Positions 1-8,468 of a stretch of 64,000 nt of DNA are shown in pieces. Source of the DNA: a virus. Within the stretch, counting starts at the first letter, position 1. Each line of letters opens with the position of its first letter. The stretch is taken from positions 1-64,000 of IMG/VR virus record IMGVR_UViG_3300050821_024084, one strand, 5' to 3'. Both the position numbers and the translations under genes were made by a program. The notes beneath the pieces were generated by a model, which saw nothing but the letters and a program-made list of their open reading frames with translations, was not told the origin of the DNA and did no database searches.

Positions 1-648
1 TCATCCGTGCTCGCGCTGCCGGGCTTCCAGCGCTTCCGTGCGCCTGCGGTAGCCCGCGAGCATTCTTTTCATCTCCTCCATTTCTTCCTGAGAGTTCTCC
101 TGGTACGCGCGGGACTGCGTGGACTGATCTTTCAGCATGGAGATCTCCCGGCGGTGCCGTGCTACCTCATCGACCGTTTGCCCCATGATCTGCGTCAGGT
201 AATCGAAGCTCTCCCCGAGGGAGCGCAGCCTCCTGACTTCAGCAGGGGACAGGCCCTCCTCGCTTGTCGTGCGGATTGTCTCCGCTGCCTTGCTCAGCAT
301 TCGCTGGGAACTCTGACGCTCGGCAATGCCCTTCTGCATCTGCGCGACTCCCCGTGCGATCCGGTAGCCCTGCCCGCGTACGACTACGAGCGTGACCTGG
401 TGCTTGTCCTGAAGCTCGTGCGTGATGCGGGAGATTGTCTGGTAGTACGTCGGGCCGAGTGCCTGCGTTCCTATCGCCTCAGCGAAATCCGCATGAGAGA
501 TGACATCTCCCATGCGGACGCTGCTCAGCTCCAGCTGCACGCAGATCCACTCGAAGCCCGCGCGCCACAGCGCGCGCCCGTCGGGCCGCCGGGGGCGGAA
601 GAGCTCTATCTGCCCCCCGCCCCCGTCCTCGTGGTAGTCCTCAGACAT
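1..648 (-). CDS. Hypothetical protein (winged-helix-like N-half, coiled-coil C-half), translationally coupled downstream of the RAMP-like gene
   Basis: 215-aa ORF. Start overlaps the stop of 641-1372. GDVISHADF...VRGQGYRI resembles a helix-wing segment; the C-terminus is heptad-rich. Confidence 0.7.
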   Translation of the reverse strand: MSEDYHEDGGGGQIELFRPRRPDGRALWRAGFEWICVQLELSSVRMGDVISHADFAEAIGTQALGPTYYQTISRITHELQDKHQVTLVVVRGQGYRIARGVAQMQKGIAERQSSQRMLSKAAETIRTTSEEGLSPAEVRRLRSLGESFDYLTQIMGQTVDEVARHRREISMLKDQSTQSRAYQENSQEEMEEMKRMLAGYRRRTEALEARQREHG

Positions 649-1372
649 CGCCGAGGAATTCCGTCTCGACCTTGAAGCGGCCCGCGCCGTTGATGCGGTT
701 GTCGCCGAGGCCCTCGATGAGACCGCACATTTCCGTGATGTCCCGCAGGGTCTCGAAGTCTAGGAGCTGCGGGAAGAACAGCCACTCGCACTCCAGCGTC
801 CACTGCTTGAAGCGGGGGCGGCACCGGGGCACGCGACCGGACACGGTGACCATCGTGATGTCCTGGTAGGCACCGTGCATCGCGTACAGCGCGTGCGGGG
901 ATCGCTCCATGTCCTTGAACACCAGGCGGATGCCCTCACGTCCTGCCTGCGGGTCCCGGAAGTTCAGCGCGCGGTCGATGGAACGGCCTTGCCGGGTGGC
1001 CTTGGCTGCTTCCTTGAAGGCGCGCTTGATGTTCGTCTGCGGCATGACGACGACGAGATCGTCGTTGTCCTCGTTGGCCGGGCTGTCCTCCGTGCTGCTC
1101 GTGTACCCGGGCTCGAAGAACGCCCGGCTGCCGGTGTAAAGCCCGCCGAGGAATTCCAGGCGGGCCATCTCGTGCCGGTCCTCGTCGGTCTTCTTGCGCT
1201 TGGATGAGATCTTCGCGATGGCCTTGGTGTACGGGTCATCGGGGTTGGCGAGCCGGATGTTGTGCATCAGCAGCTCGGTCGTCCCGGTGAGCGTCGTCCG
1301 CGCGTACGCGAGCTTCAGCCGGCCGCCGCGCTTCTCCTGGGTTTCATTCTGCTCAAGAGCTGGGGTAGTCAC
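641..1372 (-). CDS. RAMP-superfamily (Cas7/Csm3-like) RNA-binding protein, solo, no other cas genes
   Basis: N-terminal strand TLTGTTELLMH, central MPQTNIKRAFKEAA (equivalent to IPGSSxKG), RVPRCRPRF..W, and C-terminal Gly-rich loop GLIEGLGDNRINGAGRF..V, the typical RAMP motif order. RBS GGAAGGA upstream. Confidence 0.75.
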   Translation of the reverse strand: MTTPALEQNETQEKRGGRLKLAYARTTLTGTTELLMHNIRLANPDDPYTKAIAKISSKRKKTDEDRHEMARLEFLGGLYTGSRAFFEPGYTSSTEDSPANEDNDDLVVVMPQTNIKRAFKEAAKATRQGRSIDRALNFRDPQAGREGIRLVFKDMERSPHALYAMHGAYQDITMVTVSGRVPRCRPRFKQWTLECEWLFFPQLLDFETLRDITEMCGLIEGLGDNRINGAGRFKVETEFLGDV

Positions 1373-1423
1373 GCGAGTCCTTCCTGCGATGATGAGGTGT
1401 CTTCTGCTTGCCGTAGCTCCCCT

Positions 1424-1429
1424 AGTATA
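1424..1429 (-). promoter_or_regulatory. Putative -10 element (TATACT) for the RAMP-like gene
   Basis: Plus strand AGTATA; the same GGTATACT context recurs upstream of other leftward genes (about 10168, 12769, 18483). Confidence 0.45.
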
Positions 1430-1459
1430 CCTAACTGGGATGGGCTAGGTATGCGCTAT

Positions 1460-1948
1460 GAGGGAGCCTGTCCTTGCCGTGAGAGAGCCCATCCCCTGCG
1501 ATCCTGGCCGATTCCAGCCTAGCCGCGAGGGAGCCTCGCCTATCCCGTTTCGTCTTGTCCTGCTCCTGAGAGAGCCGGTCCTTGCCCGTCCAGTCCTAGC
1601 CAAGCCCTGAGGTAGCCTTGCCCATCCCATCCGTTCCATTCCGTGTCACGCCGTGAGGGAGCCTAGCCCTTGCGATTCCATCCGTTCCCGTCCGCTCCTA
1701 GCCGCTGCGCGCCCTGAGGGAGCCCGGCCTCTGCGATTCTTTGCTATCCGATCCGCGCCGCTTCCGGTCCTATCCCTGAGGGAGCCTAGCCTATCCGGTC
1801 CGATTCTGGACGTTCCGTGCCTAGCCATTCCGTTCCTGTCCTTGAGGTAGCCCTGCCGGTCCTGTCCATTCCGTTCCGATGCGCGTCCTTCCCCGAGGGA
1901 GCCTTGCCCATCCCGTCCATTCCAGTCTGGCCAATCCCCGAGGGAGCC
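1460..1948 (-). repeat. Non-coding array of about 10 units, each made of 5-nt periods (minus strand GG[A/C]-NN) separated by a 9-nt delimiter; putative guide-RNA array
   Basis: Plus-strand delimiter GAG(G/A)(G/T)AGCC at 1460, 1481, 1527, 1568, 1609, 1655, 1716, 1778, 1844, 1895, 1940. Spacings are 21, 46, 41, 41, 46, 61, 62, 66, 51, 45 (8 of 10 equal 5n+1). The intervening DNA parses as NN-tcc/NN-gcc pentamers. Confidence 0.93.
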
Positions 1949-2057
1949 ACGCTACTTCTGCTCGTTCCGCCGCATGCCGGCGTCCCGGCGGGGTGAACGC
2001 TACCGTGCTGCGCTGGTCACCGCAACCGGGGCACGCTAGACTGTCCCTCACAGCACC

Positions 2058-2089
2058 GAGGCCCCCGGCAGCATGCTGCCGGGGGCCTC
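2058..2089. promoter_or_regulatory. Perfect 32-bp palindrome between the array and the primase gene
   Basis: GAGGCCCCCGGCAGCATGCTGCCGGGGGCCTC. Confidence 0.6.
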
Positions 2090-2123
2090 ATCTCGTACTT
2101 TCCACCGTACGCAAGGAGTCTAC

Positions 2124-4733
2124 ATGCCCGTCACGCCGTTCCGCAACTCCGGCCCGGAACCGGTCCCGATGGACACGCCCTTCGAGATCCCCGGCTGGTT
2201 CCGGTTCACCTGGTGCCGGTGGAACCACACGACGCGGAAGGCAGGCAGGGACCGCGACGGGCAGACCCGGATCAGGTACATCAAGAAGTTCGCGCTGGAA
2301 GGGGAAGTCGAGAGCTACGCGTACGGCACGTTCTGCGCGTTCCCCCGCGAGATGGACACCCAGCCGGGTCTCATCTGCGCGCCGCATGCGCGCTTCCTGG
2401 TCGCGGAGTGCGACGACGATGATGAGTTCGATCTCTCCCTGCTCGGAGACAATCCCGTCCCGACCGTGCGGTCCTCGCGAGGGTTCCACTACTACCACGC
2501 GGTCCCGCCGGAGCTGACGCACCTGATGCCAACCGACGGCCCGCTGCCGGGCGGGGATCTCCAGACGGCGGGCTTCGTGCCCGCGCCGGGCTGCACGCAC
2601 CCGTCCGGCGCGATCTACACGCTGGTGTCGGATCATCTCCCGGTAGCGGACGAGGCGATGCTGCTGCGGCTGCGCGCTGCCCGCACCCGGCAGAACGAGC
2701 GCCAGCGGGAGGTCTACCGCGAGCGCGGCGGGACGGGGGGCTACGACGGCTCAGGGATCAACGGGCAGGACGATTACCTGGCGAAGGAGATCTGCTGGAA
2801 GCTCGTCGCGCAGGGCCTGCCGGAGGCCGGGGTCCGGGAGATCTGGGAGCGGGAGGCTGCTCAGCTGCCGCTGGCCGACCCGTCCGATCCTTTCACCGGC
2901 GATGATTTCACCCGGCATTACGCAGGCGCGATGCGGAAGTACGCCCGGATGCAGGAGCGCGAGGCAGCTCCTGTGCGAGCGCTGACGAGCTGGAAGCCTA
3001 TGATAGCGGCTGCTGAGGAGAGCGAGGAAACCGTGACTGACGAGCCGTTCCCGCCGTCGCCGTTCCGTCCGGGCGCGGGCGCGTTCCGCATCAGCGACGG
3101 CCAGGTGGTCGAGGAGGTGCTGCTCCGCAAGGGCAAGGACATCCGGCTGGTCGCGTACTGCCCGATGTATGTCTCGCGGAGGATGTTCGACGACAAGGGC
3201 GAGATCCAGTACGAGATCTCCTGGAAGGCATACGACGGCCAGCTCATGCGCAGCTGCGCGACGGCGGCGGACATCCGCAATCACACCCGGCTCCTGACGG
3301 TGTTCCCGGAGGCTGTGGTGACCTCGACCGAGGCTCCGGCGCTGAGCAGGTACCTCACGAAGTACATCCAGGTGCATGCCGACGTCCTGCATGCGAATCA
3401 GGTGCGGATCGCCACCTCGCTGGGGTGGCAGAGCGGCACCGACTTGTTCGTGTCCGGCGACGGGCGTCCGTGCCAGGTGCAGGACACCGCGAATCTGGGG
3501 CGCTGGATGAGCGGTCATCAGGCATCCGGCTCACTGGAGACCTGGCGGGCGGCTCTGGAGCGCGCGCCGTGGCGGGTGCTCGTGCTGACCGCAGGCGCAT
3601 GTGCTGCTCCGCTGCTGAACATCCTTCAGGTCAATGGCTTCATCGTCAGCAACTCAGGGGAGACCACCCGGGGCAAGACGCGGGCGGCCCGGGTGGCGGC
3701 TAGCGTCTGGGGTAATCCCGAGGAGACTGTGCTCAGCTGGAGCGCCACGCGCGTCGCCCTGGAGCGCTACGCAGCGTCAGCACGAGGCGTGCCGCTCGTG
3801 GTGGATGACTCCAAGCTGGCGCGCACCGGGAACCAGATCGCGGAGATCATCTACCAGATCGCGTCGGGCACGTCGACCAGCAAGTCGGAGCGCTCGGGAG
3901 CGCGGCTCCAGGAGACGTACATCATCCGCACGGTGATGATCACGAACGGTGAGCAGCCGCTGCTGAGCGCGAGTGAGCACAGTGATGGCGGGGCGGCGGC
4001 TCGCGTGATCGAGATCTGGGGGCCTCCGTTCGAGTCTGCGGACCAGGCGGACATGCTGGACAGCGTGGTGACCGAGCATCACGGGCTGGCGGGCGAGCAT
4101 TTCGTGACCTGGCTGCTCGGCCTGGATGCGGAAGACATCCGCGCACGGTACCGGACCTTGCGCGAGAAGACCCAGGCTTCCGCGCAGACGGACGTCGCGC
4201 GCCGGCGGGGCAGTGCGATCGCCGTGCTGCGGCTGGCGGCGGAGCTGGCACATGAAGCTGGCCTCCTGCCGGAGATCGCCGAGGAACACTGGACCGAGAT
4301 CATTGCAGAGCGACCGGGTGAGGAGGGCTCTGATGATCTGCCTCGGGAGGCGCTGGAGAAACTCTGGCGTGAGGTGATGATGAACCGGAACATCTTCTGG
4401 GAGCCCCGTGACGGAGCAGGGCTCGCCTCCCAGGCGGTCCGGGGGCTCATCCCCGCCGGAGGGTTCGCTGGCCGGCTGGAGACTGAGAAGAACTGGGTGG
4501 CCGTCCGCCCGGAGTGGCTGAAGGACTTCCTGAAGAAGCACGGGCATGAGGCGGAGGGTGTCATCCGCAGCTGGGCGGAGCGCGGGTGGGTGGCTCAGAC
4601 GAAAGAGGGGAAGCGCACTATCCCGACACGGATCGCGGGCGGGTCGCCGGTAAAGCTCATCAAGGTGACCGAGCTTCCCGAAGGCGTCAGCAATATCGGC
4701 GAGGATCTTCTGCGAGACAGCGAAGATCTCTGA
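2124..4733 (+). CDS. Bifunctional primase/polymerase (AEP Prim-Pol) fused to a DUF927/Cch-like helicase
   Basis: TVRSSRGFHYY and GFVPAPGCTHPSGAIY Prim-Pol motifs; SLGW, Walker A SGETTRGKT, Walker B LVVDDS, ITNGE, ARVIEI, EHHGLAG helicase motifs; RBS AAGGAG before ATG 2124. Confidence 0.85.
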   Translation: MPVTPFRNSGPEPVPMDTPFEIPGWFRFTWCRWNHTTRKAGRDRDGQTRIRYIKKFALEGEVESYAYGTFCAFPREMDTQPGLICAPHARFLVAECDDDDEFDLSLLGDNPVPTVRSSRGFHYYHAVPPELTHLMPTDGPLPGGDLQTAGFVPAPGCTHPSGAIYTLVSDHLPVADEAMLLRLRAARTRQNERQREVYRERGGTGGYDGSGINGQDDYLAKEICWKLVAQGLPEAGVREIWEREAAQLPLADPSDPFTGDDFTRHYAGAMRKYARMQEREAAPVRALTSWKPMIAAAEESEETVTDEPFPPSPFRPGAGAFRISDGQVVEEVLLRKGKDIRLVAYCPMYVSRRMFDDKGEIQYEISWKAYDGQLMRSCATAADIRNHTRLLTVFPEAVVTSTEAPALSRYLTKYIQVHADVLHANQVRIATSLGWQSGTDLFVSGDGRPCQVQDTANLGRWMSGHQASGSLETWRAALERAPWRVLVLTAGACAAPLLNILQVNGFIVSNSGETTRGKTRAARVAASVWGNPEETVLSWSATRVALERYAASARGVPLVVDDSKLARTGNQIAEIIYQIASGTSTSKSERSGARLQETYIIRTVMITNGEQPLLSASEHSDGGAAARVIEIWGPPFESADQADMLDSVVTEHHGLAGEHFVTWLLGLDAEDIRARYRTLREKTQASAQTDVARRRGSAIAVLRLAAELAHEAGLLPEIAEEHWTEIIAERPGEEGSDDLPREALEKLWREVMMNRNIFWEPRDGAGLASQAVRGLIPAGGFAGRLETEKNWVAVRPEWLKDFLKKHGHEAEGVIRSWAERGWVAQTKEGKRTIPTRIAGGSPVKLIKVTELPEGVSNIGEDLLRDSEDL

Positions 4734-4742
4734 GGAGGGAAA

Positions 4743-4937
4743 ATGTACGACTGGCAGTTCACCTTGCCTGATGGTAACAAGGGGCTCATCGATGCCGAGG
4801 AAATGGGGGACACCACCGTCTGGCATGCCATCATCACATCGGATCCGGGTGACTGGGAGGGAACGCACGGATGGGGTGGCACAGCGGCAGAGCCCCTGGT
4901 GTTCGCGCTTAACAAGCGCGAAGAGAGCATCACCTAG
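4743..4937 (+). CDS. Small hypothetical protein
   Basis: 64-aa ORF with strong RBS GGAGGG. Confidence 0.55.
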   Translation: MYDWQFTLPDGNKGLIDAEEMGDTTVWHAIITSDPGDWEGTHGWGGTAAEPLVFALNKREESIT

Positions 4938-5004
4938 CTAACTCATAGTGAGCGCTCCGCTTCATTAAGTACGAGAGCAGGAGCGGAGCGCTCGAAAAAC
5001 ATCT

Positions 5005-5425
5005 CTGACCTGCATGTACCCCCTTGTACCCCCTTGTACCCCCGCTGTACCCCCCTAAAAATGTCCCTGACCTGCATGTACCCCCTGTACCCCCTTTTCG
5101 GGGATTTTAAGACGCAGGTACGCAGCCGCGTCTTGTTTGTATTCTGTACCCCCTCGTACCCCCTCGTGTACCCCCTCAGCAGGTCCCTGACCTGCATGTA
5201 CCCCCTGTACCCCCTGTACCCCCTAAAAATATCACCCTCGCGTGTACGCGTGCGTGCGTGCGTGCGTGAGGTTGTTCTACGAACGGGGTACAGGGGGTAC
5301 AGGGGGTACATGCAGGTCAGAGGCTTAAGAAGGGGGTACAGAGAGGGGTACAAGGGGGTACAGACACAGAGAGTAAGTAAGTAAGTAACAGAGAGTATAT
5401 ATATATATATATAAGAAAAAAGAAG
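5005..5425. repeat. Putative replication origin: GTACCCC iterons (direct then inverted) plus (TA)n AT-rich tract
   Basis: Many TGTACCCC(C) copies at 5015-5224; CTGACCTGCATGTACCCC x3; inverted GGGGTACA copies at 5285-5361; TATATATATATATATA at about 5396-5413; located immediately after the primase-helicase. Confidence 0.75.
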
Positions 5426-5490
5426 TACATCCTAAGAACTACCCCCCTTGCAGTAAGCTTGAGGGAGGCGGGAGGGCCAGGAGGGAAACC

Positions 5491-5679
5491 ATGAAGAACG
5501 AGCTGATCACGTGCCGCTGCGACCGGTACGGCGACCCGTGCCGGAACCCGGCGACGCAGGAGGACCTGCTCTGCGATGACTGCCGGGGCCGGAGCTGCTG
5601 GTGGATGGCGATTGAGCGGCAGGAGGCGACCCATTTCCTCCCCGCCTGGAACCTCCTCCCGGTCAGTACGCCCGGCTAG
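5491..5679 (+). CDS. Small Cys-rich hypothetical protein
   Basis: 62 aa, CxC..C..CxxC, RBS GGAGGG. Confidence 0.55.
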   Translation: MKNELITCRCDRYGDPCRNPATQEDLLCDDCRGRSCWWMAIERQEATHFLPAWNLLPVSTPG

Positions 5680-5796
5680 GAGCGATTCCCGGTTTCCGGC
5701 TTCAGAATCGCTCCGCAAAATTTTGTTGAAATTTCAAACTCCCATAAGGCTGTTTACGCGCTCGGATCGCTTGCTCTCACCGGGTAAACTGAGTTC

Positions 5797-7041
5797 ATGA
5801 GCACGACAGAGCGCACCTCGCACGGCACCTCGATCCGGGAGACCTGGGGTCCGGCGGTGACGATCGAGGACATCGAGCTGATCCTGGTCCGCGCCGGGGC
5901 GGCGTCCGGGGTGCGGATGCGGGTGCTCGACGCGGTGCGCAAGCACGTCAGCTGGGAGCTCAACAAGCGGATCCGCCCCTGGGGCGATTCTGCGGAGACC
6001 GGGCTGTCCCGGGTGCAGCGCGAGGAGCGGGACGCGCGGCGGGCGCGGATTGCGGCCAGCCTGGAGGACGTCGCCCTGGAGGTGCCCGCAGACGCCCCTC
6101 CGGTTCGCTCTGACGCGTTTTCAGCCCCGGACCCTACCGGAACTACCCCCCCGCCCTCCGAGGCGCTCAGGGACGCTCCCAGGGCCGCTGAGCCCGAGCC
6201 CCGGATCCGTATCCCGCTCCCCGTGAACCCGGAGCCGCTGCCGGATGCTGAGCCGGAGACAGCCGAGCTGGAGGAGATCGACGCGGAGCCGGAGCCTGAC
6301 GACGGCGATGCGGATGACGATGCGGATGACGAGGCGGTCGTCGAGGCGATCCGGGAGCTGCTGGGGGTCACCCCGGACCTGCGCCTGGTGCCGGACCAGG
6401 CCCCCGCCCCGGAGATGCCCTCGGAGAGCTCCCCAGCGGCCCCGGGACCGTCGGAGACCCCCGGACCCATACCGGAGGTACCCCCCGCCCTCCCGACGCC
6501 TCCAGCGCCCGCAGATGAGGCTTCCCGGCCGTCCCCCGGGAACGCGGAGCCGGAGCCCGCCGCTGCGGAGCCCACGGAAGCCACCTGCCGGGCCTGCGGG
6601 GCGGTGAAGCCGCTGGCGGGGTTCCGGCTGGATGACGGCCGCTGGCCGCGCCGGACGTGCCGGGCCTGCGAGGTGATCCAGCGCAGGGAGCGCAGGGAGC
6701 GGGAGCGGCTGCGGAAGACGACGCGGGCGTGCAGCAAGTGCGGCGTGCCCAAGCCCCTGACGGACTTCCGTCTCGACAAGTCCGGCCCGGACGGGAGGGC
6801 ACGGCAGTGCGCGGCGTGCATCCGGGAGCGGGAGCGGGCCTGGCAGGAGCAGCGGCAGAAGGCACGCCTGCTGGAGACGGGGTTCGTGGCGTGCACGAAG
6901 TGCGGGGAGCTGAAAGACCCTCAGACGGACTTCTACCCGAGGCGGCTGAAGAAGGACGGGCGGGCGACGCAGTGCAAGGAATGCGAGAAGGCGTATGCTA
7001 GGAATCACCGGAAGCCGAAGACGGCAGCAAAAGATTCTTGA
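5797..7041 (+). CDS. Protein with acidic/Pro-rich linker and three C-terminal CxxC-x-K..F-x-CxxC zinc-binding repeats
   Basis: TCRACGAVKPLAGF..CRAC, ACSKCGVPKPLTDF..CAAC, ACTKCGELK..DF..CKEC; TAAACT 6 nt before ATG suggests a leaderless start. Confidence 0.7.
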   Translation: MSTTERTSHGTSIRETWGPAVTIEDIELILVRAGAASGVRMRVLDAVRKHVSWELNKRIRPWGDSAETGLSRVQREERDARRARIAASLEDVALEVPADAPPVRSDAFSAPDPTGTTPPPSEALRDAPRAAEPEPRIRIPLPVNPEPLPDAEPETAELEEIDAEPEPDDGDADDDADDEAVVEAIRELLGVTPDLRLVPDQAPAPEMPSESSPAAPGPSETPGPIPEVPPALPTPPAPADEASRPSPGNAEPEPAAAEPTEATCRACGAVKPLAGFRLDDGRWPRRTCRACEVIQRRERRERERLRKTTRACSKCGVPKPLTDFRLDKSGPDGRARQCAACIRERERAWQEQRQKARLLETGFVACTKCGELKDPQTDFYPRRLKKDGRATQCKECEKAYARNHRKPKTAAKDS

Positions 7042-7061
7042 AGATTTTTGCCTGCGGGGGC

Positions 7062-7090
7062 TTGACACACGATCGTAGTCTAGATACCCT
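7062..7090 (+). promoter_or_regulatory. SigA-type promoter
   Basis: TTGACA-17 bp-TACCCT upstream of 7133. Confidence 0.6.
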
Positions 7091-7132
7091 CGTTCACGGG
7101 AACTGAGATCTCAGTTCCCGTGAGGAGGAAGC

Positions 7133-7984
7133 ATGGGGTACGACCGCGTTGTCAGCGCCGCGCTATCTGAGACGCGGAGCAAGTTCGCCCTGGCAGAGGC
7201 GCTAGCCCTGGACATCCCGCCTCGGGGGCAGGGTCGAGCGCAAAAAGACGACTCCATCCGCCAGCATCTGGAGGTGGCGCGTCGGGAGATCATCGAGGCC
7301 GGGGGAGAGCCTCGCAGTCCTGATACACTTGATGTCTATCGTCGTACTGCGCTATGGGCGACGAGGAAATTGAACGGTACCGTTCAATTTCAGTGGGTAG
7401 GGGGCGCGTCGTGGACAGCTCATCGGGAAGCCTACGAGAGTGGCATGTCCATCGAAGAGTTCCGAGGTCTTCCCGATCAGCGCGTGAATACTGCTCTTCG
7501 AGCTGCGGGCAAGGCGAACAAGTATCCTCCCGTCGGCACAATGACCACATGGCCGGGCAAGCAGCAGATAGCCGCTGTGAAGGCGCTTCCTCCTGAGCGC
7601 CAGGCGGAAATAGTCGAAGCGACACTCCGGGATGACCGGGTGCGTTCTCAAGCTTTTGCCATTATCCGTGACGCGGCGTACCAGAATGAGGCGGAGCAAC
7701 GTGCCATTCAGCAAGATGTCAGGCCGATGTCACCCGGAGTTGCAGCTTCTGCTGCTCTGTTGCGTGGGATGGCTCCTCCGCATGCCAGGGCGCTTGGCCA
7801 TCTAGAGCGGGCTTATCAGGACGTCAAGGATGCTATCCGGGAAATTCGTGCTGCCGAAATGACTTCCGAGGAGATGAAGCCTCTCACTCGGGCGCGGGAG
7901 CAGCTGACCGAATCAGTTGCAGAACTCAATTCCGTCATGTACGAAGGAGATTTTAGTGGCCAAGGCTCACCCTATACCGGCTGA
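7133..7984 (+). CDS. Hypothetical protein (lower GC)
   Basis: 283-aa ORF, RBS GAGGAGG. Confidence 0.7.
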   Translation: MGYDRVVSAALSETRSKFALAEALALDIPPRGQGRAQKDDSIRQHLEVARREIIEAGGEPRSPDTLDVYRRTALWATRKLNGTVQFQWVGGASWTAHREAYESGMSIEEFRGLPDQRVNTALRAAGKANKYPPVGTMTTWPGKQQIAAVKALPPERQAEIVEATLRDDRVRSQAFAIIRDAAYQNEAEQRAIQQDVRPMSPGVAASAALLRGMAPPHARALGHLERAYQDVKDAIREIRAAEMTSEEMKPLTRAREQLTESVAELNSVMYEGDFSGQGSPYTG

Positions 7985-8447
7985 GGTGTCCGCTCAGCTC
8001 GTCATGAACGTCCTCGGCGACGAGCCTTACACCATGGATCAGGTAATAGAGCAGATCATCGCTAAGCATGATATCCCCGCCGCTCCTACACGTCACCAGG
8101 TGAGGACAGGGATAAAGTTCGTCAAGGAAAATCTCGAAAACCGGCCGGATTACAAGCTTATCGTAGTCGACCAGCGAGGCACTCTCTCTACGTATAGATT
8201 CGCTCGTGAAGCGGCGGACATGAACAGGTATCTTCATCAGCAGGCAAACAAGTGGATGGGGGAGATGATCAATGTCGGGGTAGCGATGGAAGCCGCCCGG
8301 GACCGGCTCACGAATGGAAGGAGCAAGGACCTGGAGAACCTTCGCCGGTCCCTGATCGGCTTGCTCTACCAGCTCGTATCTCTCTACAAAGAGGAGGAAC
8401 AGCCCGCCGCTGAACGGCGTATCGGGGACCGGCTCGGTTCACGTTAA
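7956..8447 (+). CDS. Hypothetical protein (lower GC), coupled to the previous gene
   Basis: GTG at 7956 after GAAGGAGA; 163 aa. Confidence 0.65.
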   Translation: MAKAHPIPAEVSAQLVMNVLGDEPYTMDQVIEQIIAKHDIPAAPTRHQVRTGIKFVKENLENRPDYKLIVVDQRGTLSTYRFAREAADMNRYLHQQANKWMGEMINVGVAMEAARDRLTNGRSKDLENLRRSLIGLLYQLVSLYKEEEQPAAERRIGDRLGSR

Positions 8448-8468
8448 TATCCGTATCACCTTCTTGAG

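Noticed and set aside
1460-1948. Canonical CRISPR array
   Set aside because: The constant element is only 9 nt, the intervening segments vary from 12 to 57 nt and are internally periodic, and no cas1/cas2 is present. It is a different kind of array.
1445-2051. Short ORFs over the array (1445-1639, 1646-1828, 1653-1850, 1821-2051)
   Set aside because: They are low-complexity translations of a 5-nt periodic repeat with no RBS; a 5-nt period is incompatible with codon structure.
4943-5384. ORFs with YPLYP/GYRGY repeats
   Set aside because: These are translations of the GTACCCC iterons on both strands.
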